This document shows positions 37,613-48,182 of a stretch of 48,951 nucleotides of DNA, one piece after another. The translations under genes and the position numbers were made by a program. Positions within the stretch are counted from its first letter, which is position 1; every line of letters starts with the position of its first letter. The DNA is from Ignavibacteriales bacterium (lineage in GTDB: Bacteria > Bacteroidota > Ignavibacteria > UBA10030 > UBA6906). Where the stretch lies: contig JBBIRR010000032.1 of the NCBI GenBank assembly GCA_037441705.1, forward strand, positions 1-48,951, given 5' to 3'. The notes beneath the pieces are model-generated. The model ran no database searches, was not told where the DNA came from, and worked only from the letters and a program-made list of their open reading frames with translations.

Positions 37613-38653
37613 ATGGCCGAATTGACCGAACGCGAGCGGACGGTTCTGCGGTATGTTGTACACGATTTCATCGAAACCGCAGTGCCGGTCGGCTCACGTT
37701 ACATATCGAAGCGACACGAAGACGAGTTGGGCTTGAGTGCGGCAACGATCCGCAACGTCTTGTCCGACCTGGAATATCTTGGGTATATCAACCATCCACA
37801 CACGTCCGCCGGACGTGTGCCCACGGACCTCGGCTACCGTTTCTATCTTGATTGCTTGATGGAAAAGGAAGCCCCGTCCGAGGAACAACAGAAACAGATT
37901 CGTGAGAACTTACAATCCGCTGAGGAAGAGGAAGAGCTGTTCAAACAAACATCCAAAATCCTGAGTCGGATCTCGCAGCAGCTGTGCATCGTTACATCTC
38001 CCTATCTGCGGCGGGGGGTTTTCGATCGACTCGAGCTTGTGCAGATCAGCACGACGCGGCTCATGGTCATCATCTCGCTGAAGATGGGTCTGGTGCGAAC
38101 GCTGATGATGGAAGTTGCGAGCGAAATCCCCCGCGAGCGGCTCGAGCAGATCACGCGCTTTCTGAACGAACGCCTCTCCGGCCTGACACTCGATCAGATC
38201 CGAGAGTCCTTTGCCGACCGGGTGAAGGATGTCAGCGAAGAGAGCGGCGGCCTTATTCGCCTGTTCATCGACTCGGTGGATAAGCTCTTTCTGCCGGGGA
38301 AGGCCGAGCGTCTGCATATTGCCGGAACGGATGCCATTGTTGAGCATCCGGAATTCGAGGATCCGAAAAACTTCCGAAGCGTCATCGAATTGATCAGCAA
38401 CGAAGAGATCATCATCCACGTTCTCGAGAAGAACGTTCAACCGGAAGGTGTCAAGGTCACCATCGGGCAGGAGAACAAGGATGAGAAGCTGAAGGACTAC
38501 AGTGTTATCACAAGCACGTACACGGTCGGAACGGTTCAAGGAACGATCGGCGTCATCGGGCCGAGACGCATGCAGTACGCGAAGACCATTCCGCTGGTCG
38601 ACTATGTCGCCAAAACGATTTCTGAAATGTTTTCTCATAGCTACAGGGCATAA
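37613..38653 (+). CDS. hrcA: Heat-inducible transcription repressor
   Basis: PVGSR, SAATIRN, HPHTSAGRVPTDLGYRFY, GVIGPRRMQY. Confidence 0.97.
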   Translation: MAELTERERTVLRYVVHDFIETAVPVGSRYISKRHEDELGLSAATIRNVLSDLEYLGYINHPHTSAGRVPTDLGYRFYLDCLMEKEAPSEEQQKQIRENLQSAEEEEELFKQTSKILSRISQQLCIVTSPYLRRGVFDRLELVQISTTRLMVIISLKMGLVRTLMMEVASEIPRERLEQITRFLNERLSGLTLDQIRESFADRVKDVSEESGGLIRLFIDSVDKLFLPGKAERLHIAGTDAIVEHPEFEDPKNFRSVIELISNEEIIIHVLEKNVQPEGVKVTIGQENKDEKLKDYSVITSTYTVGTVQGTIGVIGPRRMQYAKTIPLVDYVAKTISEMFSHSYRA

Positions 38654-39252
38654 TGGCTGACGAGCATACACCACACGACGGAACCGAACAACCCACAGAT
38701 GGAGTGCCGACGGAGGAATCGCCGGCACCTCCGTCCGAACTCGATCAGTTGAAGCAAAAGATTGATGAGCTGCAGAAGCTGGCCGATTCGTACAAGGATC
38801 AGTTTCTGCGCAAGGCGGCGGAGTTTGAAAACTACAAGCGCCGCACGGAAGCGGAGATGATGAGCCTTGTCCGCAACGCGAACGAGGGACTGATTACCGC
38901 CCTCCTCCCGATCCTCAATGACTTCGTTCGCTCGTTGAAGGCAGGAGCCGAAAACAAGGACTACGACGCCTTCTACAAGGGAGTAGAGTTAATCTACGGA
39001 AAGTTCTCCAAGCTGCTGGAAAGCCAGGGCTTGACGCCGTTCGAGAGTGTCGGCAAGCCGTTCGATGTCGAGTACCACGATGCTCTCTTGCAGGTCCCCC
39101 GGGACGACGTCCCTCCTCACACCGTCATTGAAGAAGTCGAACGCGGGTATAAGCTCAACGACAAAGTGCTGCGACATGCGAAAGTGATCGTGTCGGCTGC
39201 GCCATCACCCGAAGAACCCGCAACGACATCGCAGGAAGAAGTCAAGGCATAA
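38653..39252 (+). CDS. grpE: Nucleotide exchange factor
   Basis: AEFENYKRR, FDVEYHDA, GYKLNDKVLRHAKV. Confidence 0.97.
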   Translation: MADEHTPHDGTEQPTDGVPTEESPAPPSELDQLKQKIDELQKLADSYKDQFLRKAAEFENYKRRTEAEMMSLVRNANEGLITALLPILNDFVRSLKAGAENKDYDAFYKGVELIYGKFSKLLESQGLTPFESVGKPFDVEYHDALLQVPRDDVPPHTVIEEVERGYKLNDKVLRHAKVIVSAAPSPEEPATTSQEEVKA

Positions 39253-40437
39253 ATGGCACGAAGAGATTTCTACGAGATTCTTGGCGTTCCGCGAACAGCC
39301 TCAGCCGAGGAAATCAAGAAGGCGTACCGGAAGCTTGCCATGCAGTATCACCCGGACAGAAATCCGGGCAACAAGCAGGCGGAAGAGAAGTTCAAAGAGG
39401 CCGCGGAAGCCTACGAGGTGTTGAGCGATCCCGAAAAACGTCGCCGGTACGATCAGTTCGGCCACGACGGGATGCGGGGTACGGACTTCCGTCCGTTCAC
39501 CAACGTCGAGGATATTTTCAGCACCTTCAGCGACATTTTCGGCGGGGCGGGCTTCGGCGGTTCGGTGTTCGATGAAGTGTTTGGCCGCACAACCGGCAGC
39601 ACGCGCCAGCGTCAGCGTAGCACGCAGGTGGGGCAGCCGGGCTCGGATTTGAAGGTGCGACTGAAGCTGACACTCGAGGAAGTTGCCTCGGGCGTCGAAA
39701 AGAAAATCAAGATCAAAAAGATGATCGTGTGCGAAAGCTGCAGAGGCAGCGGCGCAAAGTCATCCAGCTCTCGCATCACGTGTCCTGTCTGCAGCGGCAC
39801 GGGCGAACTCCGCCAGGTGTCCCGCTCCGTCTTCGGGCAGTTCGTCAACATCACCACGTGCCACAACTGCGGCGGCGAGGGACGCATCATCAAAGATCCG
39901 TGTCCGACATGTAAGGGTGAAGGGCGGGTGCAGGGTGAATCAACGGTGAAGATCACCATTCCGGCGGGCGTGAGCGACGGGAACTATCTCACCTTGCGTG
40001 GAGAGGGCAATGCAGGCATCCGCGGCGGCCCGGCCGGCGATGTGATTGTGCTGATTGAAGTGGAGCCGCATGAGGTGTTCACACGCAACAATGATGATGT
40101 CATCCTCGACCTTCTCATCAGCTTCCCTGAGGCGGCTCTCGGTGCCGAGGTGGAGGTTCCGACACTCAGCGGTCGTGCAAAGCTGAAGATCGAACCGGGA
40201 ACACAATCGGGCCGCATCCTGCGCATGCGCGAGAAAGGAATCCCCCATCTCAACAGCTACGGCCGCGGCGACCAACTTGTCCGCGTCAACGTGTGGGTGC
40301 CGACGAAGTTGAACGCGCAGGAGCGAGCGCTTCTGCGTCAGCTCGAAGAATGCGAGAATATCAACCCCAAGGAAGGCGACAAGTCCGCACACTCCGATAA
40401 GAGTTTCTTCGATCGGATGAAAAAAGCATTCTCGTAA
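39253..40437 (+). CDS. dnaJ: Molecular chaperone DnaJ
   Basis: HPD J-domain, G/F region, four CxxCxGxG repeats. Confidence 0.98.
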   Translation: MARRDFYEILGVPRTASAEEIKKAYRKLAMQYHPDRNPGNKQAEEKFKEAAEAYEVLSDPEKRRRYDQFGHDGMRGTDFRPFTNVEDIFSTFSDIFGGAGFGGSVFDEVFGRTTGSTRQRQRSTQVGQPGSDLKVRLKLTLEEVASGVEKKIKIKKMIVCESCRGSGAKSSSSRITCPVCSGTGELRQVSRSVFGQFVNITTCHNCGGEGRIIKDPCPTCKGEGRVQGESTVKITIPAGVSDGNYLTLRGEGNAGIRGGPAGDVIVLIEVEPHEVFTRNNDDVILDLLISFPEAALGAEVEVPTLSGRAKLKIEPGTQSGRILRMREKGIPHLNSYGRGDQLVRVNVWVPTKLNAQERALLRQLEECENINPKEGDKSAHSDKSFFDRMKKAFS

Positions 40438-40492
40438 CTCACGTTTGCAGTGTCTTCTCTATCCGGGGGGAGTGTATCTCCACTTTTTTGTT

Positions 40493-40960
40493 ATGAAGCC
40501 GCTGAACGCCCTTCAACAGAAGGGGGGACTTACGCGCAAGGAGGCGCTTGCAGTCCTTACGCTTTCAGCGGCATTGCTTGTGGGGATGGGCATCAAATGG
40601 TGGCACGCGGACCGTCAAGCGAATGTTCCCATCCCGACGTTCGATTACACGCGCAGCGATAGCCTCTACGCCGCTCTTTCACGGGCGGCTCGAGAACGAA
40701 ACGATAGCATACCACGTGCAACGCAACAAACCAGGCGCCGCCCTTCTGCCACCCCCATCAACCTCAACACGGCGACCAAAACTCAACTCATAACGCTTCC
40801 GGGCATCGGTCCTGCCTATGCCGAACGCATCATTGCCTATCGTGAACAGACCGGCGGCTTCACGTCCGTAGATGAGTTGTTGGCTATAAAAGGGATCGGC
40901 AAGAAGAAGTTGGAGAAGATTCGCCCGTACGTGTACGTTCGCTCTACGACGCATCCCTGA
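40493..40960 (+). CDS. comEA: ComEA-like helix-hairpin-helix DNA-binding protein
   Basis: N-terminal TM helix, INLNTA..L..LPGIGPAYAERII.YR...F...L..IKGIG. Confidence 0.85.
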   Translation: MKPLNALQQKGGLTRKEALAVLTLSAALLVGMGIKWWHADRQANVPIPTFDYTRSDSLYAALSRAARERNDSIPRATQQTRRRPSATPINLNTATKTQLITLPGIGPAYAERIIAYREQTGGFTSVDELLAIKGIGKKKLEKIRPYVYVRSTTHP

Positions 40961-41053
40961 TGAACCCCGCGTTCTCGTTTGTAACTCCCTCCGCCATTTG
41001 ATATATTGCTCAAGTCATTCAGCACTCTCGTATTCAAGAATCGGGATCACGCG

Positions 41054-41860
41054 TTGCGTCGGTTGGTTCTCCTTTGTTTGTTACTGCTCGTTCATCACAC
41101 CGCTCGCGCAGAAGATACGTCTTCAGCCTTTCGCTTCTTTCCTTCGGCAAAAATCTTTCCTCTGTTCACCGCCGATGGCCTCGCGCATCAGCTATCGCTT
41201 TCACGGGTGACGGAGAACAGAGATTGGATCGGAGCTGTCGGCGGTTCGCTTCCGGCAGTGCAGCTCGATCTTCCCGGCGCAACGCTGCAAGCAAGTGTGG
41301 CAGTGACGGTGTTCAATCGTCTCGTCAAGACGCCCGGACATCTGGAGGTGTACACGGTTGATTACAAAGTGGACTTTCCCATTGATGTTCGGTTCGAGCA
41401 ACTTGCGTTGCGCGTCGGACTTGGGCACCTGAGCTGTCACTTTGCCGATGACGCGTTAGAGTTGTACGGCAAGCGCTCCATCCAGCATGTGAACGATTAC
41501 GTAACGCTCGCGGGGGCATTGGACATTCCGCTGATCGGTGGATACGTGTACGCCGGCACAAACTATAGTTACGGCACGCAGCCCATTCAGCATCGTCCGT
41601 GGCTGTTGCAGGCAGGCGCGCAGTTCGGCAACATCGTCGTGCACGAGCTGGTGTCGCTCTACGGTGCGGTGGACGTCAAAGTCAAGCAGGAAGTCGGCTG
41701 GGGATCGACGCGCAGTATTCAGGTAGGCGCCCGATTCTTTCCGCACGAGCCGCGCGGTGTGCGCATTGCCTACACGCTGCGAATGGGGTTCGAGGATCGC
41801 GGACAGTTTTATCTGAACACGACAACACTCAATCTTCTCTCCCTCTTTATTGACTTTTAG
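41054..41860 (+). CDS. Putative outer-membrane protein (DUF1207-like); start uncertain
   Basis: Signal-like LRRLVLLCLLLL, HLSCHFADD, terminal Phe. TTGTAA-N17-TATATT at 40979-41007 argues against the 41006 start. Confidence 0.65.
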   Translation: MRRLVLLCLLLLVHHTARAEDTSSAFRFFPSAKIFPLFTADGLAHQLSLSRVTENRDWIGAVGGSLPAVQLDLPGATLQASVAVTVFNRLVKTPGHLEVYTVDYKVDFPIDVRFEQLALRVGLGHLSCHFADDALELYGKRSIQHVNDYVTLAGALDIPLIGGYVYAGTNYSYGTQPIQHRPWLLQAGAQFGNIVVHELVSLYGAVDVKVKQEVGWGSTRSIQVGARFFPHEPRGVRIAYTLRMGFEDRGQFYLNTTTLNLLSLFIDF

Positions 41861-41866
41861 GGGAAT

Positions 41867-42724
41867 ATGAAAAAGGCCGTCGTACTTCTGCTACTCGTCT
41901 GCTTCTCCTGCGGCTACGCGCAAGATAGCATTCATGTCACGGATGGTTTTCGCAGCGATCCCGACTTTGGCGGACGCAAGATCGTGGCGACGAGCGCGAT
42001 CGGCGGCCTGTTAGGACTTTCGATCTATTGGTGCTATGACAGTTGGTGGCGGGACTCGAGTCGGAAGTTTCATTTCATCACCGAGGGCTGGTGGAACGAC
42101 TATTCGAAAGGAATCGACAAGCTTGGCCATTTCTACACGTCCTATTTCTATTTCCATCTCTTCCGCAACATCATGCTCTGGGGCGGATACGAAAACTCCA
42201 CCGCCGATTGGTGGGCTTTGGGCAGCTCGGCGGCTTTCGCCGTCATCGTCGAGTTGGGAGACGGGTTTACACCAAAGTACGGATTCGACTATCAGGACCT
42301 GACATACAACTTCAGCGGACTCGCGTACGGGTTCTTGCAGTCACGCGTACCATTTCTGAAGAACTTCAATTTCAAATGGAGTTATGTGCCGAAAGACGGC
42401 TACCGTTTTCCCGTGCGTCTCGTTGAACACTATGACGACCACACGTACTGGCTTGCCGTCAACGTCAACAATCTTCTGCCTTCAACACTGGAGCCGTACT
42501 GGCCTGACTGGCTTCAGCTTGCCGTCGGAATGGGAGTGGATGATGGCTGGACGAAGCGGGAATTTGTGTTCGGGTTCGACATCAGCCTCGAAGCAATCTT
42601 TCAACCGCAGAGTCAAGATTGGCTGCTTCTGTACAGAACACTCGACAAGTTTCACATCCCTGCGCCCGCCGTCAAGTTCACGGAGCGGAAGGAGCCGAAT
42701 TACTACTGGTTTCACAAGAACTGA
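41867..42724 (+). CDS. DUF2279/YfiM-like protein
   Basis: IDKLGHFYTSY, ELGDGF, DLTYNFSG, YDDHTYWL. Confidence 0.7.
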   Translation: MKKAVVLLLLVCFSCGYAQDSIHVTDGFRSDPDFGGRKIVATSAIGGLLGLSIYWCYDSWWRDSSRKFHFITEGWWNDYSKGIDKLGHFYTSYFYFHLFRNIMLWGGYENSTADWWALGSSAAFAVIVELGDGFTPKYGFDYQDLTYNFSGLAYGFLQSRVPFLKNFNFKWSYVPKDGYRFPVRLVEHYDDHTYWLAVNVNNLLPSTLEPYWPDWLQLAVGMGVDDGWTKREFVFGFDISLEAIFQPQSQDWLLLYRTLDKFHIPAPAVKFTERKEPNYYWFHKN

Positions 42725-42786
42725 CGAGCGCTCGGCGTTCGTGATCGCCGCAACGGGTGAAGCCGCTGCACGCCACCATGGTTGCT

Positions 42787-43662
42787 CTACGCCTCCGTCG
42801 TGCGCATGAAGCGCATGATGGAAATGATCGCGCCAATCAATCCCAACACCACGCCCGCCCCAACGACCAGCATGTAGAACGGCGCGGACATGATGAGATA
42901 GGAAGCGAACTCGTGCGCAAGTGTGCGGGCGGCGAGTTCCAAAAGGCCGTACAGCATGCCGGACGCAAGCAGCCCCCCTAACAGCCCCTGGATCATGCCC
43001 TCGATGAGGAACGGCAGACGAATGAACATCCATGTTGCGCCGACCAACTCCATCGTGCGGATGATTTTGCGCTTCGCGTAGATTGCCAGACGAATCGTGT
43101 TGGAGACAAACAGGATGGCCGAAATACTGATGAGCAGACCAAGACTCAGCGTTACGTTGTTGACGGCGGTCGTGCGTTCGTCGAGTAGCTTCAGGAGTTC
43201 CTTTCGGTATACGATTTCATCAATGCCCCGGAGGTGTGCCAGACTGTTGTACACGCGGTTCACGCCCTCGGAGGATTGATGGGATAGTTTCAAGAAAATT
43301 TTAAAGGATGGCGGAAGAGGGTTGAAGTCGAGCACCCGATTGATGTCTTCACCAAATTCCTTCTTGAAGATCTCTGCCGCTTCATCCTTCGAGATGACGA
43401 CAAGGCTATCCACGCCTTCCACCGCACGCACTCGATCCGCAAGGTTCCGAATTTCTTGCCGCGAGATCGGCTCCTGAAGGAACACTTCCAACACCACCTT
43501 CGCTCGCAGCATGTCAATGAAGCGCGCAGTGTTAATGGTGATGACGGCAAAAATGCCGAGGAGAAGCAGCGAAATGCTGATGGTAATGACGGAAATGGTG
43601 GTGGAGAGCTTTGCGCGTGTAAATCCCGAAAAGCTTTCCTTCAGCGTGTACGAAAGGCTCAT
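42787..43662 (-). CDS. ftsX: Cell division permease FtsX
   Basis: SKDEAA, NPLPPS, NTIRLAIYAKR...MELVGAT..FIRLPFLIEG. Confidence 0.93.
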   Translation of the reverse strand: MSLSYTLKESFSGFTRAKLSTTISVITISISLLLLGIFAVITINTARFIDMLRAKVVLEVFLQEPISRQEIRNLADRVRAVEGVDSLVVISKDEAAEIFKKEFGEDINRVLDFNPLPPSFKIFLKLSHQSSEGVNRVYNSLAHLRGIDEIVYRKELLKLLDERTTAVNNVTLSLGLLISISAILFVSNTIRLAIYAKRKIIRTMELVGATWMFIRLPFLIEGMIQGLLGGLLASGMLYGLLELAARTLAHEFASYLIMSAPFYMLVVGAGVVLGLIGAIISIMRFMRTTEA

Positions 43663-43671
43663 GGTGTGCCG

Positions 43672-44181
43672 TCAGAAGTTCGATTCATCCCGCCAGCGCA
43701 CGATCTTCCACGGCGATGACGGGGTGGGCCTGCTCATGGTGATGTTTGCGTATCCGTCAATGCGAATGATGTCGCTGGGATTGAACGTGACGGTAAGATT
43801 GAACCCTCGGACGATGGTCGTGCGGACCTGCGCCGAATCGCTGCGCGAAAGGATGTTGTTCCATATCAGGTCGAGCCGCTGCGTGTCCATGAACAGCCCG
43901 TAGGTTGTGCGCAGCTCGGTGTCGCGTCCCCACGTCACGTCAATGCCGCCGTTGTCGTAGTCGCGCCAGACAAACACAAACGACTCGTCCAGAAGCGGGG
44001 CATACACCGTCGTGTCGCGAAATGTGTAAGCGACCTGCATGCACTGGAACACGCCTTCGGGTGTGGTGGGATCGCAGGAAGCTTGCGCGGGCGAGGTGTC
44101 GAGCTTGGGCGCAAAGGGATTGATGCAGCTCCAACTGCCGAGCAGGAGGGGAAACGCAACAAGGGCCGGGACGCTCTTCAT
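43672..44181 (-). CDS. Lipoprotein, NTF2-like fold suspected
   Basis: WSC lipobox then NPFAP; C-terminal WKIVRWRDES. Confidence 0.75.
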   Translation of the reverse strand: MKSVPALVAFPLLLGSWSCINPFAPKLDTSPAQASCDPTTPEGVFQCMQVAYTFRDTTVYAPLLDESFVFVWRDYDNGGIDVTWGRDTELRTTYGLFMDTQRLDLIWNNILSRSDSAQVRTTIVRGFNLTVTFNPSDIIRIDGYANITMSRPTPSSPWKIVRWRDESNF

Positions 44182-44182
44182 A

Positions 44183-44785
44183 TCAATTACTGAACTTCCC
44201 CTTAAAGCTGCTCCAGGTGAGGCTGGGTGTCGTCTTCAAGTCCACCCAGTGGGAGATGGTCCATTCGCTGTTATCGTTCACGAGCGTAAACTGCAGCGTG
44301 CCTGCGGCTGTGTGGGTGAAGCCCGGTTCGGTATGTTCGAACGTGAACGTGTAGTCATAGCTATACGTGCGCATGTCGTTGCCGCTGATGACGGAATCTT
44401 TCGGCGCGAGATCGAGTCGTGAGATGCCGACGGGTTGACGGCGCTTGGCCACAAGATTCTGAAAGTAATCCTGTTCCTGCCGGTAGGTCCAGTTCCGCAG
44501 GACGGTGCCGTAGATTTCCGCTGCGTCTGCGGAGGGGACGAACGTGAACGTGTAGCGAGATCGCGTCGAATCGGTGAAGCAGGCAATGTAGCCGGCGACG
44601 TCTTTCTGCTCAACGGCATTCTGAAGATTGAACACGACATTGGCGGGGAGCGTTCGCGGAAGATACTGAAAGCCCGATTGCGAGGGCGCTTCGGCATCCC
44701 GCGGCTCGAACAGACCGCAGCCGGCGTGCAGAGCCGTCACACACCACAGCGCACTCACCAATATCGTCTGAGGCTGAATCTTCAC
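44183..44785 (-). CDS. Lipoprotein, NTF2-like fold suspected (GTG start overlapping the recR stop)
   Basis: HAGC lipobox then GLFEPRDAE; WTISHWVD. The longer 45130 start overlaps recR. Confidence 0.72.
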   Translation of the reverse strand: MKIQPQTILVSALWCVTALHAGCGLFEPRDAEAPSQSGFQYLPRTLPANVVFNLQNAVEQKDVAGYIACFTDSTRSRYTFTFVPSADAAEIYGTVLRNWTYRQEQDYFQNLVAKRRQPVGISRLDLAPKDSVISGNDMRTYSYDYTFTFEHTEPGFTHTAAGTLQFTLVNDNSEWTISHWVDLKTTPSLTWSSFKGKFSN

Positions 44786-45378
44786 AAGGCAATGCGTCCT
44801 TCCAGCGCTCGTGTCAGTGTCGCTTCGTCGGCAAACTCGAGGTCTCCGCCCACCGGAATGCCGCGAGCAATGCGGGAGACCTTCACCCCCAATGGCTTTA
44901 ACAATTTTGTCAGGTACAAGGTTGTCGCTTCTCCTTCCACATTCGGGTTGAGCGCGAGAATCACTTCCGTTACCTCGCCGCTGATGCGCTGCAGCAGCTC
45001 CCGGATCTTCAAATCGTCGGGGCCGATACCATCCAGCGGCGACAGCGATCCGCCCAGAACGTGATACAAGCCTTTGAACTCGTTCGTCTTCTCCACCGCC
45101 ATCACGTCGTTCGGCTCTTCGACAACGCACAGGATCGAGCGATCACGTTTCGGGCTTGCACAAATCGGGCACGGGTCAATCTCGGTGATGTTCCAGCAGG
45201 AGGAGCAATAGCGAATCCTATCCTTCACATTCACCAACGCTTTCGCCATCTTCACCACTTCCTCCCGCGGTTGTTTGAGAATGTACAGAGCCAGTCGCTG
45301 CGCCGTCTTCCGCCCGATGCCCGGGAGACGGGCGAACTCTTCAATCAATTGTTGCAGTGCTTCCGACGTATAGAGCAT
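44782..45378 (-). CDS. recR: Recombination mediator RecR
   Basis: [14 protein letters not shown]4 zinc finger, TOPRIM CVVEEP, YHVLGG, EGEAT. Confidence 0.97.
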   Translation of the reverse strand: MLYTSEALQQLIEEFARLPGIGRKTAQRLALYILKQPREEVVKMAKALVNVKDRIRYCSSCWNITEIDPCPICASPKRDRSILCVVEEPNDVMAVEKTNEFKGLYHVLGGSLSPLDGIGPDDLKIRELLQRISGEVTEVILALNPNVEGEATTLYLTKLLKPLGVKVSRIARGIPVGGDLEFADEATLTRALEGRIAL

Positions 45379-45408
45379 GAATCGCGCGCGCCTCGATGCG
45401 TGTCTCCG

Positions 45409-45735
45409 TTACAACGTCAGGCCCGGGATATTGGGCAGGAGGCCGCTGGTGGCTTTGGCCATCTCTTCCTGCGCCATGCGCGATGCATCCTCGAGCGCTT
45501 TGTTTGTCGCTGCCAGAAGCAAATCCTCTAACATCTCCACATCGTCCGGGTTGACGACTTCTTTTTCGATCTGAATCTTTACCACCTGCTGTCGGCCGTT
45601 GGCAGTCACTTTCACCATTCCTCCTCCTGCTTCGGCGGTAACGGTTTTCTGTTCCAGCTCCTGCTGCACCTGCGCCATCTTCTCCTGCACCTTCTGCACC
45701 TGCTTCATCATTCCCGCCATATTTGGAATGCCCAT
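45409..45735 (-). CDS. ybaB: YbaB/EbfC nucleoid-associated protein
   Basis: [30 protein letters not shown]; upstream of recR. Confidence 0.95.
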   Translation of the reverse strand: MGIPNMAGMMKQVQKVQEKMAQVQQELEQKTVTAEAGGGMVKVTANGRQQVVKIQIEKEVVNPDDVEMLEDLLLAATNKALEDASRMAQEEMAKATSGLLPNIPGLTL

Positions 45736-45909
45736 CGTTCGTCCTTTCGAAGTTGTCATGGGGAATTTCGTTCGCCAACGGCTGAAAAAATATACCCTTA
45801 TGTTGAAGGAAAGTCAACGAATCGTCCGGCCCGGATCACGTGTGCTGAGGAACGCTTGCAATTAACGCGAAGACTCATAGCTTCTTGTTGCCAGATACGG
45901 GAGACGTCC

Positions 45910-47622
45910 ATGGGCATGAGTGAAAAGTACACGACCTCTTTTGCGGCAGTAGCCGTTCTTGCCTTCACGTTTCTTCTCTTCAGTCCGACCCTCACGTTCG
46001 ATTTCGTGAATTGGGATGATGATGTCTATGTATACGATAATGTGAGGGCTTATGAGTTCACGCTCACCGGCCTGCTGTGGTTTTTTGTTAATCCCTACTT
46101 CCATTCCTACACGCCGGTAACGATGGTCTCGCATGCGGCAGATGTCGCCTTGTGGGGATTGAAACCCGCGGGGCATCACCTGACGAATGTGCTTCTTCAC
46201 GCTCTCAATGCGTTGTGGATGTTCGTGCTGTGTTTGCAGGTGACGAGCATTGCATTGGCTCAGCGTATCGAGAACCTTCAGAGAACAACGGTTGCCTGTT
46301 TCATTGCCAGCGCACTGTTTGCGTGGCATCCACTGCGCGCCGAATCGGTAGCGTGGATTTCCGACCGAAAGGATTTGCTGTGCCTGTTCTTCCTTCTTCC
46401 TTCTGCTTTCAGTTACATCGCATCGCGGCAAGCAACTGCTTCCGCGCAGCGATCTCGCCGGTATGCCGTTTCCCTCATCCTGTTGCTCTTAGCGTGTCTG
46501 TCCAAGCCGGCCGCGGTTACCTTCCCGCTGGTTCTGTTGGTAATAGATTGGGTGGTATTGAAAAGAAGCGGGTTCGCTGCGCTGGCAAAAGAGAAACTCC
46601 CGCTCTTTGTCGTTGCTGCGGCCGTTTCCGTAACTGCGGTCGCCGTTGCACCTCCGACATCGGGAAGCGACATGTTCGCCATCCTCTCGCCGCTGCAGCG
46701 GATTCTTCTCCCCTTTTCCAACATCATCACATATCTCGAAAAGACGTTCGTGCCCGCAAACCTTTCCCCCATCTACCCGCTGGAAGGGGAAGGAAGGATG
46801 GCGGTTTCGTTCGCGCTGTTTGGTCTCATCACCACAGCGGCAGTGTTCGCCGCAAGAAAAGGCAAGCGGGCTGCGCTTGCAACGTGGGCAGCGTTTGTCA
46901 TGCTGCTTCTTCCGTCGAGCGCAGCGGTGCAGGCAGTGATGCAAACAACTGCCGATCGCTACACCTATCTTCCGTCGGCTGCACTTTCCGGCGCAGCAGC
47001 AACAGGGCTTGCGGTGTTGTTGGATCGGTTTCGCAGAACCTCCGAACGCCGCGTAGCGACCGCAGCGTTGCTCGTCGTCGTCGCGTTTCTTGCCTTTCTC
47101 ACGGAGCGACAGCAAAGAATCTGGGCGAACTCGGAAACCCTCTGGAACAGAGCCATCGCCCTCTATCCGACGATGCCGCTGCCGCACAACAATCTCGGCC
47201 TTGCCTTGCAGACGCGCGGTGAGCTTTCTCGTGCGAAGCAGGAATACGCGCGGGCGATCGAGCTAAAGCCCGACTACGTGGAGGCGTATGTGAATCTCGG
47301 CAACGTTCTTTTTAGCGAAATGAATTGGAAGGAAGCCGAGCGTATGTTTCACCGGGCGGCCGAGCTTGCGCCGCGACGGGGTGAGGTGTACAACAATCTC
47401 GGAATTCTGGCGAACGCTCAGGGCAATTCGCTCGACGCGCTGTACTGGTTGAGAAAGAGTGTGGAAGTGGATTCAAAATACGCGCAGGGGTATTTCAATC
47501 TTGGCGCGCTCTACGCCAGGATGGGAAACACGGCCGCGGCTATCGAGGCACTGCAGCAGGCCGCGCGGCTCGGTCACCTTGAGGCACAGGTGCGTCTCAA
47601 ACAAGAAGGCGTGAACTGGTGA
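45910..47622 (+). CDS. TMTC-like GT-C membrane protein with C-terminal TPRs (putative protein O-glycosyltransferase)
   Basis: FVNWDDDVYV, HLTNVLLH, HPLRAESVAWISDRKD, ADRYTYLP, WANSETLW, TPRs. Confidence 0.85.
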   Translation: MGMSEKYTTSFAAVAVLAFTFLLFSPTLTFDFVNWDDDVYVYDNVRAYEFTLTGLLWFFVNPYFHSYTPVTMVSHAADVALWGLKPAGHHLTNVLLHALNALWMFVLCLQVTSIALAQRIENLQRTTVACFIASALFAWHPLRAESVAWISDRKDLLCLFFLLPSAFSYIASRQATASAQRSRRYAVSLILLLLACLSKPAAVTFPLVLLVIDWVVLKRSGFAALAKEKLPLFVVAAAVSVTAVAVAPPTSGSDMFAILSPLQRILLPFSNIITYLEKTFVPANLSPIYPLEGEGRMAVSFALFGLITTAAVFAARKGKRAALATWAAFVMLLLPSSAAVQAVMQTTADRYTYLPSAALSGAAATGLAVLLDRFRRTSERRVATAALLVVVAFLAFLTERQQRIWANSETLWNRAIALYPTMPLPHNNLGLALQTRGELSRAKQEYARAIELKPDYVEAYVNLGNVLFSEMNWKEAERMFHRAAELAPRRGEVYNNLGILANAQGNSLDALYWLRKSVEVDSKYAQGYFNLGALYARMGNTAAAIEALQQAARLGHLEAQVRLKQEGVNW

Positions 47623-47640
47623 ATCGAAGCGGAAACATCC

Positions 47641-47669
47641 TTGCCTCCGCCTCGCAACTTTCGTATCTT
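47641..47669 (+). promoter_or_regulatory. Sigma70 promoter of tRNA-Pro
   Basis: TTGCCT-N17-TATCTT. Confidence 0.6.
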
Positions 47670-47704
47670 GCGATGCGTCGAAACGCACTCGACGCGTGTT
47701 TTAT

Positions 47705-47779
47705 CGGGGCGTAGCGCAGCCCGGCTAGCGCGCCTGCCTTGGGCGCAGGAGGTCCCGGGTTCAAATCCCGGCGCCCCGA
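47705..47779 (+). tRNA. tRNA-Pro(TGG), CCA not encoded
   Basis: Acceptor CGGGGCG/CGCCCCG, anticodon arm CCTGC-CTTGGGC-GCAGG, T arm CCGGG-TTCAAAT-CCCGG. Confidence 0.96.
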
Positions 47780-47878
47780 CAAGCAGTGAACGCTCCCGCA
47801 CCACCAAGCGGTGCGGGATTCGCATTCCGACGGATGCGTTTGGCTTCACTGCGTTCGCCAAACGCAGTCGGAATGGAA

Positions 47879-47957
47879 CTTGGGCGCAGGAGGTCCCGGG
47901 TTCAAATCCCGGCGCCCCGACACCAATGAACGCTCCCGCACCACCAAGCGGTGCGGG
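47879..47957 (+). repeat. Duplicate of the tRNA-Pro 3' half plus trailer
   Basis: 47879-47922 is identical to 47738-47781. TGAACGCTCCCGCACCACCAAGCGGTGCGGG occurs at 47787 and 47927. Confidence 0.92.
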
Positions 47958-48182
47958 TGCAGAATCCTCTCATGTGCGCTCATACGCCGACACACCTCAT
48001 CCGCTGCCGGCAACTTTGTGCAAACCCTCTTTCAATCCTACAACACGCACCACGAGAATTCGCCTTCTGCACCCTCCATTGCTCAAAATGACCCATCACC
48101 TGACACGTTCCAACTTTGGCACAGGAAGGGCCGCACCGAGAGCAACACGCAATACATCATTAACAACATCTGTGGGGGTCTC

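Noticed and set aside
37593-37619. CIRCE operator
   Set aside because: Only a partial left arm (TTAGCA); right arm absent.
44786-45130. N-terminal extension of the 315-aa ORF
   Set aside because: It overlaps recR in another frame; the lipoprotein signal indicates a GTG start at 44785.
47811-48182. N-terminal extension of the 285-aa ORF, and a second tRNA at 47879
   Set aside because: The extension runs through the tRNA duplicate and the lipobox marks the start at 48183. The duplicate lacks the 5' acceptor strand and D arm, so it is not a complete tRNA.
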